A stretch of 64,000 nt of DNA from Mobula hypostoma. Lineage: Eukaryota. This document shows, in pieces, positions 53,802 to 64,000 of this stretch (the stretch's first letter is position 1; every line of letters starts with the position of its first letter). Made by a program: the position numbers and the translations under genes. Below the pieces are notes generated by a model, which was not told the DNA's origin, made no database searches, and saw only the letters and a list, made by a program, of their open reading frames with translations. The stretch spans positions 42,410,001-42,474,000 of the forward strand of contig NC_086108.1 of NCBI RefSeq assembly GCF_963921235.1. Direction: 5' to 3'.

Positions 53802-54711
53802 GTATGGAAGGCTATGATTTAGCTTCTTTAAACTTCCGATAAAATTTTGCTTAGTTTTTGATTTTAAATATTTGTGTAAAGTACAGCATCATGCAACATA
53901 GAATCAGGCTCTTGGCCCAACAAGTCCAAGCTAACCAACAGTGCCTATTTGCATTAATTTCATTCTACTCACAGTCCCATTGATTGCACCTGAGGTCAGA
54001 ATTGAACTTGTTGCTGGAACTGTGATGGAGCCACTGTCCTTGTCCTTGTTGTATCACTGTGCAGCCAGCCAGTATTCCCTTTTATACTGGGACTTAGCAT
54101 TTATTTATAAACTGATTTGTAATTATTAGTTTGACTCATGAGGCTTCTTCATAAAATGCTATTGGTTTACGTGTATCTTTATGTACTTACCAAGGGAATG
54201 ATTAGCTTGCAGGTTATTGTCTATTAGGCTTCATACCTGGCTACAGGATTTCAGGGACTTTAACCTATAATGCCTTTGCTAATCATCATTTTAGTCACAG
54301 AAGAAGGATTACTTCATTTGGGTTTAAACAAATTTTGGTGGTAGCACAAAATTTCTGTTGATTTGGCACTGTATTAGCGTACTCAAAGTTGGGTTAGTAG
54401 GACTGGTATGCAAGAGGAAATATAAATTAGTGGCTGAGATTATATTGAAGACAACTTTTTGAGACAGTATGGATACTGACTTATACCATCTGTCCCTGGA
54501 GCGATATGAGATGATCTTTTGAATTAAATATCAGAAAAAGATGATGCTTCATGTTGTCCTTGTTAAAATAAGGAAATATTTATTTGCAAAAAAAGTGGAT
54601 ATTTAAAAATGCTGGCACATGTATCGGTGTTTCTTTCTTCTATTGGTTGTGTGATGAAAAGTTGCATATCGTACAATCTTATGATGAATACAATGTGCTT
54701 TATTTTTGTAG

Positions 54712-54811
54712 ACAGCCTTTGCAAAGCGCCAAGCTAACGTAGCCAAGTGGGAATATGATAAACCTATATGTGCAGGGGTTGAGAAAATGAATTGGAAAGG
54801 CAGTCTGGTTG
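54712..54811 (+). CDS. CLCC1: CLCC1 coding exon 6
   Basis: TAFAKRQANVAKWEYDKPICAGVEKMNWKGSLV(E); G|gtgagt, phase 1. Confidence 0.93.
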
Positions 54812-57532
54812 GTGAGTACTTTGTAATGAAGAAGTTTTTAGTCATAGAGTTTCCCATTGTTATGCAATATCTCTAATGATTTTACTTTTGTAAGAGTGAC
54901 AGTATTACAGAATGTAATATGGTGGTGTCATGTTATTCATGAAGCATACACATCTGCAGTGACAACAAAAAAATCTTTTCATTATTTCACAGAATTAACA
55001 TTTGAGGCTGTAATACTTATGAATATTTGGTTATAATGGTGCACTAGTGGCTATCTAAGTAGCAGACCAAGTATAAACTGGTTCTCAGATAATTTTGTTG
55101 GAATTAAATGAAACGAAGTTAGCAGTGAAGTTACTTGAGTGGAAAAATAACAATTCATTAAGCACTTACAAAATTTTTGCAAGGCTAGACCAGGAGGGTG
55201 CAGGGAAGATGCTTGACTGACTGAAGAACTTAGAACCAGGGTTCATTGACTCAAAGTAAAGGGTAGACCACTTGGGCTGAGATCAAAATCAGAATCTAGT
55301 TTATTATCAAATATTCAAAATACATTTATTATCAAAGTATGTATGCAGTATTCAACCCTGACATTTGTCTTCCCACAGGGAACCACAAAACAAAGAAACA
55401 CCTTGGCCCCCGTTCAAAAAAAACATCAAACATCTGATAAGCAAAAAATAGAACAAATCACACTAACAGCAAAAATGAGTGAAGAACACACAGAATATTA
55501 AACATCAAACTACAGAATCCTTGAAATAGTCTAGGAATGTTCATTATACAGTAGTTCAGTTCAATTTAACGCTATATTGTTTGTTGATTGCAGGCCATAG
55601 AGCCAGATCGTGTCAAAGTGCCTCGATCAAAATTGCGCAAAAGAGCAATAAAAAAAAGGAGTAACCAGAAACACATATAACATGAACTGCAGAGCCCTCT
55701 AAAGACAAGTCCAATCCACAGACATGCCGATTAAACCTTGCCCAGGACTGAAGACAGCTGCTACTTTATCCGGCAGCAGCGTCACAGAGGGAGAGGGAGA
55801 CTGGACAAACGCAGGCAGACAGCACTGAACACCCGCTCACGTTCTGCTCTTGTCCTCGTTGATTTAAATCTTGCTCGACACTTTAATCAGCGAGTTTGCC
55901 ATTCAATGGAGCCAGTTGTGGTTCCACCCTTCGCCATTAGGCCACATACTCCGTTCCCAACTTTGCCCTCAACCATACCAAACTCCCTCAGACAGTAAAA
56001 GCACCAGGTTCATTCAGTCAGCCCAAGAACACATCATCAAAAATGTAAATTACAGGCCCCAATCGCACACAGATTAGTAGTATGGCCAGATTTGGGAACA
56101 GCTTCTTTCCAACTGTGATAAGACTGCTGAACGGATCCTGACCCGTATCTGGGCCGTACCCTCCAAATATCCGGACCTGCCTCTCGGTTTTTTGCACTAC
56201 CTTACTTTCCATTTTTCTATTTTCTATTTATGATTTATAATGTAAATTTTTAATACTTACTATCGATTTGTAATCCAGGGAGCGGGAAGCGCAGAATCAA
56301 ATATCGCTATGATGGTTATGCATTCTAGTATCAATTGTTTGGCGACAATAAAGTATAAAGTATAAGTATGTTTAAAATAAGTAGTAGTTTTGTGAACTGT
56401 CTGCAGGACATTGCCGTTCGTCACGTTGGTGGCTGGTGCCATCTTCGACAAAGAGCGGGGGGACGTGAAGTTTTGCAGTGGCAGTACAGTGCAATACATT
56501 AAAAAACAAGAAATAAGTTATGCAAAAAGTCAAAATGTTCATGTTCCATTTAGAAACCTGATGGTGGAGGGGTAGGGATAGAAGCTGTCCCTAGAACACT
56601 GAGTGTATGACTTCAGGCTCGTTTACCTTCTCCCTAATGTCAGCAATGAGAAGAGGGCATGAACTGGCTGGTCCTTAATGATGGATGCTGTCTTTTGAGG
56701 CATCACCTATTGAAGATGTCATTGATGATTGAATGAATGAATAGATGAAGATCCATTTCTTCAATTTGAACATAAGAGCAGGAGTTGGCCATTTGGCCTT
56801 TCAAGCCTGTTCCACCCCATATCAATATCATGAATACTTTTCTACCTCAGCACTATTTTCTAGCATTATCACTGTGTGCCTTGATTCCCTAATGCTCAGA
56901 ATAATCCACTGTGCTTTGTTTCCTAATGAAAACAGCAGAGTTTCCACAGTTGTCCAGTGTAGAGAATTCCAAATGTTCAGATCCTCTGAATGAAAAGAAG
57001 TTTCTCCTGATCTCAATCTGAAACAACCTATCCTTCATCTCAAACTTTGCCTTCAATCCTGACTCCTCAGTTAAGGGAAGCGTCTTCCCTGCCCATCACC
57101 TGTCAATCCTTACTCTCACTCTTCTAAACTCTAAAGAATAACTCAGCATGCACATCATACTGTAGGTAATAACACAAATGGATAGTGTATACTTGTTTTT
57201 TCATCACCTTTCTAGTTTAATGAGGTTAAATTATTACATTTGTTTCCTACATTTTATCTTTTAAATATTTACAAAGCAGCAGAAGTATCAGACAACATGA
57301 AACATTACTGTGAACTTTGTGAATATAAGTTGTGTAACTTTCAGAAGAGCTACATATTTTCTGGCCTCCCCTAGCTGTTCTTCTTTGGTTGTTAAACTGA
57401 GTTTTCCAGCAAGATTTGGCAATAGCTAATTGATATCTTGAATGTTTACATTTTGCCAGAATTTTGTGATGATTAAGAATGATCCTAAATTTGAAACTTG
57501 GAATATTAATTTTTAAATCTTTCCCCAAACAG

Positions 57533-57630
57533 AGTGGTTCAGGCGAACATGGACTCTGCAGGATGACCCATGTGAAGAATACTATAACGACCTGTTGGTA
57601 GATCCAGTTTGGGAAGTTCCACCAAGCAAG
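57533..57630 (+). CDS. CLCC1: CLCC1 coding exon 7
   Basis: [35 protein letters not shown]|gtaaaa. Confidence 0.95.
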
Positions 57631-57703
57631 GTAAAAATAATAAAAATAATAGTCAGTGCATAGAATTTAAGTTTCCAGTGATGTAACCTGTGTACTTTTT
57701 CAG

Positions 57704-57850
57704 GCCCTGATGCTGACTTTAACAACACTGTTCACTGAACCCTTGAATCATATCGGGAAACCCATCAGTCAGTTTTTTCGAGACGTTCTTAAAGAACTTC
57801 CATGGCTATTGCAGTTTTACGTGGCCTGCTTGATAGTTCTGTCCTTTATT
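57704..57850 (+). CDS. CLCC1: CLCC1 coding exon 8 (third TM)
   Basis: ALMLTLTTLFTEPLNHIGKPISQFFRDVLKELPWLLQFYVACLIVLSFI; ttcag| and |gtgagt. Confidence 0.95.
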
Positions 57851-58033
57851 GTGAGTATTGGTTTTCATAAAAAAATTATATAATGTTCTTTATAATAAAA
57901 TTACATGTTATAATGCTCATTTATTGATTAGATCCTGCTGATGTTATATTAAGTTTTAGTGTAATATTAATTTTTGGAGTTGAAGGAGTTGGTATAATCA
58001 TATTTATCTTTCTTTGCTGTTTTTGTTTTGCAG

Positions 58034-58807
58034 GCAATTTGCTATTTCTGTATTCATGCAGTTTTTCGATATGGTTTACCTAGATTCCATCCAGATGATC
58101 ATTTACGGCCTCCAATTGCGCACCATAGTGTGCCATATATAGCGCAAAACTCCGTTCATGATACCTTTTATCAAAGGGAAAGATGTGTGGATTATCAGGC
58201 AGGGGGGGATGCTCGATACGTTCCTGATGCCAGAAAAGATACCAAAAACGAACAGTCTCAGTCTGCAGTTACAGGTCCTGATAGACAAAATAATATGAAT
58301 CAACAGGGTGTTGAAGATGTAATGAATTGGGAGAGAACTAGGGTGTCTGAAAATGGGAGTGGTGACAATCAGCTACGTAGAAGAGTAGTACCAGGCCATC
58401 ATTTTTCTAGGCACTCTTCTGAAAATCAGCAGCCAGTCAGTGGCACCGTTTTGTCTACTGAACCACAGCCACTTGGAGAAAATCTACAAAATGATACAAA
58501 ATTTGTCATGGAACATAATGTTGCTCATCAGGCTGGAGGGGTTGTTGGACAGAATGAACTTGGTGTTTTGCAAAGTAAGAATACAAATGGCCTCCCTTCT
58601 AGCAACTCTAATAAGATAAGAGCGAGGGAGAAGGGTGTGCAGAAAAATGGACAAACTCTCGAGGACCCCTGGATAGCTGACAAGTCTATCAATGCATTTC
58701 CACAGCATCCATCAGACAATGCCACAGACATGGAACCTATTGATAAAAAGAATCTCCAAGAAAAACTTGAAAATGAGGAATCCTTCGTAGAAACTGTGGG
58801 AACAGAG
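58034..58807 (+). CDS. CLCC1: CLCC1 large coding exon 9 (hydrophilic C-terminal tail); reads through to TAA at 58847-58849 if unspliced
   Basis: ttgcag| acceptor, in frame with exon 8, open for more than 250 codons; donor GAG|gtaaat at 58807/58808. Confidence 0.85.
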
Positions 58808-59001
58808 GTAAATTGCCATAAAGTCTTAATTCAGGGCATCCCTGGGTAATAGTCCTTAGATTAATTTTTAAATTAATTAATTTTAAGTTGGAAAATACAC
58901 ACAAATGGCTTGATATCATTACATTATCTTGGAAAGAACAGTTCCTAAAAGTGAAGAGAAAAAAAATCTGATACTGGCTTTTGTAGGAACGAACGTATGT
59001 A

Positions 59002-60546
59002 CAGTGGTGCTAGAAAGTTTGTGGACCCTGTAGAATTTTCGCTATTTCTTCATGAATATGAACTAAAATGTGATCAGATCTTCATGCAAGTCCTAAAACT
59101 GGATAAGGAGGACCCAATTAAATAAATAACACAAAAAAACATTATGTTTGTTCATTTATTTATTATTACATGCTTTTGTTGAGAAAAAGTATGTGAACCT
59201 TTGCTTTCAGTAACTTGTACAATAACTTAAACCAAACATTTCCGGTAACTGTTGATCAGTTCCACATATTGGCTTAGAGGAATTTTGGGCCATTCCTCCC
59301 TACAAAACTGCTTCAACTCTGGGATGTTGGTGGGCTTCCTTGCACGACCTGCTTTTTTCAGGTCCTTCCACAACATTTCTATAGGATTAGGGTTTGGATT
59401 TCAACTCAGCCATTCCAAAGCACTTTTTTTTTTTCTTTTTAAACCATTCCATTGTTGATTTACTCTTGTCTCTCGGATTTTTGTCTTGTTGCATTGTCCG
59501 ACTTCTATTAAGCTTCAGGTGACGGACTGCTACCCTGACATTCTCCTGTAAAATGTTTTGATACCATTTTGAATTCATTTTTCCCCTCGATAATTGCAAG
59601 CTGTGCAGGTCCTGAGGCAGCAAAGCAGCCCCAAACCATGATGCTTCTTCCACAATGCTTCACAGTTGGGATGAGGTTTTGTTGTTGATGTGCAGTGTTC
59701 TTTTTCCTCCAAACAGAGCAATGTGTATTTCTGCCAAATAGTTCAATTTTTGTCTACCTGTCCACAAGACATTGTCCCAGAAGCGTTGTAGAATATCCAG
59801 GTGGGCTTTTGCAAACTTGAGATATGCAGCAATATTTTTTTTTGGAGACAAGTGGTTTCCTCTGTGGTGTTCTTCCATGAACACCATTCTTGTTCAGTGA
59901 TTTTCTAATAGTGGACACATGAACAGAGACTTTAGCAAGTTCTAGAGATTCTGCAGGTCTTTTGCTGTTACTCTTGGGTCCTTTTTCACCTCCTTATGCA
60001 TTGCACATTGTGCTTTTGGTGAGATCTTTGCAGGATGCCCACTACTAGGGAGAGTAGCAACAGTACTGAGTTTCTTCCATTTGTAAACAGTTTCTCCTAC
60101 TGTGGACTGATGAACACTCAGGTCCTTAGAAATGCTTTTGAAGCCTTTTCCAGCTTCATGCATCTCTACAATTCTTCTTCTAAGGTCCTCTGAAAATTGT
60201 TTTGATCAAGGCATGGTGCACATAAATAGATCTTTCTGGAGAAGAGGAGGCTCTGTCGGTAACCTGACTTTGTGTGTTTTTTAAAGGGCAGGGCACCTCT
60301 ACAACCCACATCTCCAATCCCATCTCATTCATTGGAAGAGCTGACTCCAAATTGCTTTTGTGGAAGGCAATACCCCAAGGCTCCCATACTTTTTCCAACA
60401 AATACATGTAATATTGGATAATTTTTCTCAGCAAATAATGAGGTATAATGCTTTTTGTGTTTTTATCTCATTTTAGGACTTGAGTGAAGATCTGATCACA
60501 TTTTAGGTCATATTTACGCAGAAGTAGAGAAAATTCTATTCTAAGG
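59002..60546 (-). mobile_element. Degenerate Tc1 transposon (family B-like)
   Basis: ta|CAGTGGTGCTAGAAAGTTTG terminus; MHEAGKGFKSISKDL, FWDNVLWT, QQDKNP on the - strand; right end incomplete. Confidence 0.85.
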
Positions 60547-61166
60547 GTGAACATAGGTTGGGTATTTGTAACCCAAGGGTTGCCTATACTTCTCTGACAG
60601 AAGTCCTCAGCAAACTATTTCTCAGCAGGCCTTCAACTGATTCATTATAACCTCTGAATTAAATGGGAAAACCAAATGCCTTTTGTTTTAAAGTATTCCA
60701 GAAAAAGGTAAAAGAAGCAGGATTTATCATTGAAGATTGCTGTCTTAAGCTGACATTTCAGCTATCATATTAAGGAAGTCAAGAGGGATAGAATAAAGTG
60801 GCACTGAGGTGACAGATCAGGCTGTATATTATTGAATGGTAGAGCAGGCATAAGAGTAGGAGGCAATGTTTCTAATTCTAAAAGCTGAAAGCAATGATGT
60901 GATTCAGTTTGTGTCTTTGAATTATTACCACGAGACTAAATTTACAATATCATCTGTAGTAGAAACTATATTGTGAATGTATGAATGTAAACAGTACTGT
61001 GAAGTACAAAACTGAACTTCATCAAAAAGTGATGTTCCTTCTTGTGTGGATTCTGCCTGTTGATGTTAACCTGATGTAAATTATAGTTGTGTTAGATTGT
61101 CGGACTTTTGAGTGTAGTATAGTATTTGAAATAAAGCTTAAATATTTTCTGGAAAATAATTTAACC

Positions 61167-61226
61167 CAGGGGTTCCCAATCAATTTTTATGCCATGGACC
61201 AATACCATTAAGCAAGGGAACCCTTG
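61167..61226. mobile_element. 60-bp hAT-type micro-MITE
   Basis: CAGGGGTTCCC...GGGAACCCTTG; 8-bp TSD a(t/c)ttaacc. Confidence 0.7.
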
Positions 61227-61253
61227 ACTTAACCTATGAAATTCTAGCACATA

Positions 61254-62834
61254 CAGTGACATGCAGAAGTTTGGGCACCCCGGTCAAAATTTCTGTTGCT
61301 GTGAATAGCTAAGCGAGTAAAAGATTAACTTTATGCCTTTTGAAAATCAGTTCAAGATGACACATTTCTTTAATATTTTAAGCAAGAAAACTTTTTTATT
61401 TCCATCTTTTACAGTTTCAAAATAACAGAAAAGGAAAAGGGCCCGAAGCAAAAGTTTGGGCACCCTGCATGGCAGTACTTAGTAACACCCCCTTTGGCAA
61501 GTTTTCAATTCTTGTTTGGGGGATTTTCGCCCATTCTTCCTTGCAAAAGGCTTCTAGTTCTGTGAGATTCTTGGGCCGTCTTGCATGCACTGCTCTTTTG
61601 AGGTCTATCCACAGATTCTCGATGATGTTTAGGTCAGGGACTGTGAGGGCCATGGCAAAACCTTCAGCTTGCGCCTCTTGAGGTAGTCCATTGTGGATTT
61701 TGAGGTGTGTTTAGGATCACTATCCTGTGTAAAAGCCATCCTCTTTTCATCTTCGGCTTTTTTACAGACGGTGTGATGTTTGCTTCCAGAATTTGCTGGT
61801 ATTTAATTGAATTCATTCTTCCCTCTACCAGTGCAATGTTCCCCGTGCCACTGGCTGCAACATAAGCCCAAAGCATGATTGATCCACCCCTGTGCTTAAC
61901 AGTTGGAGAGGGGTTCTTTTCATGAAATTCTGCACCCTTTTTTCTCCAAACATACCTTTGCTCATTGTGGCCAAAAAGTTCTATTCAAAAGGTTCAAAGG
62001 AATATCAAAACAAGCCTGATGCATTTTGGAAACAAGTCCTATGGACTGATGAAGTTAAAATAGAAATTTTTGGCCACACTGAGCAAAGGTATGTTTGGAG
62101 AAAAACAGGTGCAAAATTTCATGAAAAGAAACCCTCTCCAACTGTTAAGCACGGGGCTGGATCGATCATGCTTTGGACTTGTGTTGCAGCCAGTGGCACG
62201 GGGAACATTTACTGGTAGAGGGAAGAATTAATTCAATTAAATACCAGCAAATTCTGGAAGCAAACATCACACCATCTGTAAAAAAAAAAGCCGAAGATGG
62301 AAAGAGGATGACTTCTACAACAGGATAATGATCCTAAACACACCTCAACATCCACAATGGACTACCTCAAGAGGCGCAAGCTCAAGGTTTTGCCATGGCC
62401 CTCACAGTCCCCTGACCTAAACATCATCGAGAATCTGTGGATAGACCTCAAAAGAGCAGTGCCTGCAAGACGGCCCAAGAATCTCACAGAACTAGAAGCC
62501 TTTTGTAAGGAAGACTGGGCAAAAATCCCCCAAACAAGAATTGAGAGACTTAACTGGCTACAGAAAGCGTTTACAAGCTGTGATACTTGCGAAAGCAGGT
62601 GTTACTAAGTACTGCCATGCAGAGTGCCTAAACTTTTGCTTTGGGCCCTTTTCCTTTTTTATTATTTTGAAACTGTAAAAGACGGAAATAAAAAAGTTTT
62701 CTTGCTTAAAATATTAAAGAAATGTGTCATCTTTAACTTTATGCCTTTTGGAAATCAGGTCATCTTTTACTTGCTTAGCTATTCACAGTAACAGAAATTT
62801 TGACCAGGGGTGCCCAAACTTTTGCATGCCACTG
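61254..62834. mobile_element. Fold-back Tc1 (family A): two transposase 3' halves in inverted orientation
   Basis: TA at both flanks; PDLNIIENLWIDLKRAV on both strands; junction ~61985-62058. Confidence 0.9.
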
Positions 62835-62909
62835 TAGGTCAATTAAGATTTAGCATCTTTAGTGCTATTATGTGAATAGATTAGTAATTAATCTGGGGGG
62901 GGGAGGGGG

Positions 62910-63302
62910 TGGGTGCTGCGGATCTCTTGGAAACCTACCGAATGTTGAAAGGACTAGATAGGGCGGATGTGGAGAGTATGCTTCCTATGGTGCGGGTATC
63001 CAGAACTAGAGGCCACAGTCTCAAAACTGAGGGGAAACATTTTAGAACAGAGCTAAGGAGGAATTTTTATTTAAGCTAGTGAGTAGTGAATCTGTGGACT
63101 GCTCTCCCTGAGACTGCAATGGAGGCAAAGTCCATGGGTATATTTAAAGCAGAAGTTGATAGTTTCCTGATCAGTCAGGGCATCGAAGGATATGGCGAGA
63201 AGCATATGGGTTGAGTGAGAGCTGGGATCAGCCATAATGGAATAGCGGAGCAGACTCAATGGGCTGAATGACCTAATTCTACTCCTGTGTCTTATGGTCT
63301 TA
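62910..63302 (+). mobile_element. CR1 LINE 3' fragment
   Basis: Same 3' region and UTR as 24380-24765. Confidence 0.8.
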
Positions 63303-63375
63303 TTAAACCTAATTATCTGTTCACTTTTCATAAATTTTCAGGCTTTGTGTAGAATAATGCTTGTCTTTTCTACAG

Positions 63376-63417
63376 GATTTCAACAATCTAGAATCTGGAG
63401 AGAATCAAAGAACATGA
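63376..63417 (+). CDS. CLCC1: Putative CLCC1 terminal coding exon DFNNLESGENQRT*
   Basis: ttgtcttttctacag|G acceptor in unique sequence, phase 0 matching the 58807 donor, TGA at 63415-63417. Confidence 0.6.
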   Translation, partial: DFNNLESGENQRT

Positions 63418-63639
63418 AGACATGTTGAAATCATGTTAAAGCAGATAACATAATTTGTGACAATTGATTGCTGGAAATTTAAGATAACTGAAAGATGAAA
63501 TAATTGAAGATAAAGCATGTCTTAATACAACAGCAATAACAAGAATTTACACTGTATATATACATCTCTGAAATTTTGGGAGTGAAAAAATACTAAGTTT
63601 TCTAGTAGTGCTTGCGTATCACTGCACAAATTACATTCA

Positions 63640-63920
63640 GAAACATGAGAAATTCTGCAGATGCTGGAAATCCAAAGCAACAAACACAAAATGCTGGAGG
63701 AACTCAGCAGGTCAGGCAGCATCTCAATAAACAGCCAACGTTTCAGGCCGAGGTCCTCCTTCTGGACTGGAAAGGAAGGGGGAAGACACCATAACAAAAA
63801 GGTGGGGTAAGGGAAGCAGGATAGCTTGAAGTTGATAGGTGGGTAGGAAAGGTAAAGGACTGGAGAGGAAGGAATCTGATAAGAGGAGTGACAGGGGGAG
63901 GTGCTAGGCAGGTGAGAAAA
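63640..63920 (-). mobile_element. Old PLE pLTR/3' fragment with decayed hammerhead
   Basis: aattctgcagatgctggaaatcc...gctggaggaactcagcaggtcaggcagcatc...aacgtttcaggccgag. Confidence 0.7.
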
Positions 63921-64000
63921 GGATATTTTCCAATAGTGATCAACATTAAAACAAAATCTGTTGTGGCGTCATTACTCATCCACAGGTGTAACATAGATCT

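Overview
Vertebrate (eukaryotic) genomic DNA. The repeat landscape (CR1, Rex-Babar, Penelope, Tc1, SINEs) points to a cartilaginous fish, which is inference. Two intron-containing genes lie in tandem on the + strand. WDR47 contributes its last 9 coding exons (703-20724, C-terminal WD40 propeller). CLCC1 appears complete (ATG 36412, about 624 aa), with two possible C-termini and a putative CpG-rich promoter near 28.7-29.1 kb. All exon phases join without frameshift. Introns are full of mostly decayed transposons: Penelope-like elements (PLEs), CR1, Rex-Babar, L1, an RNase H-bearing I/Nimb-type LINE, a Gypsy remnant, Tc1, Tigger, hAT/Charlie and Harbinger. Most short ORFs in the track are TE remnants or antisense noise. 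The most unusual signal is a young PLE family carrying a minimal type I hammerhead ribozyme (AGUC-CUGACGA-stemII-GAAA-CGUC^GACU). Two short insertions of this family are near-perfect palindromes folded at the same ribozyme-core base, and a third copy is truncated at that core. A 1.6 kb fold-back Tc1 sits in the last CLCC1 intron. PLE hammerheads are known as a class; novelty of the palindromic derivatives cannot be established without database searches.
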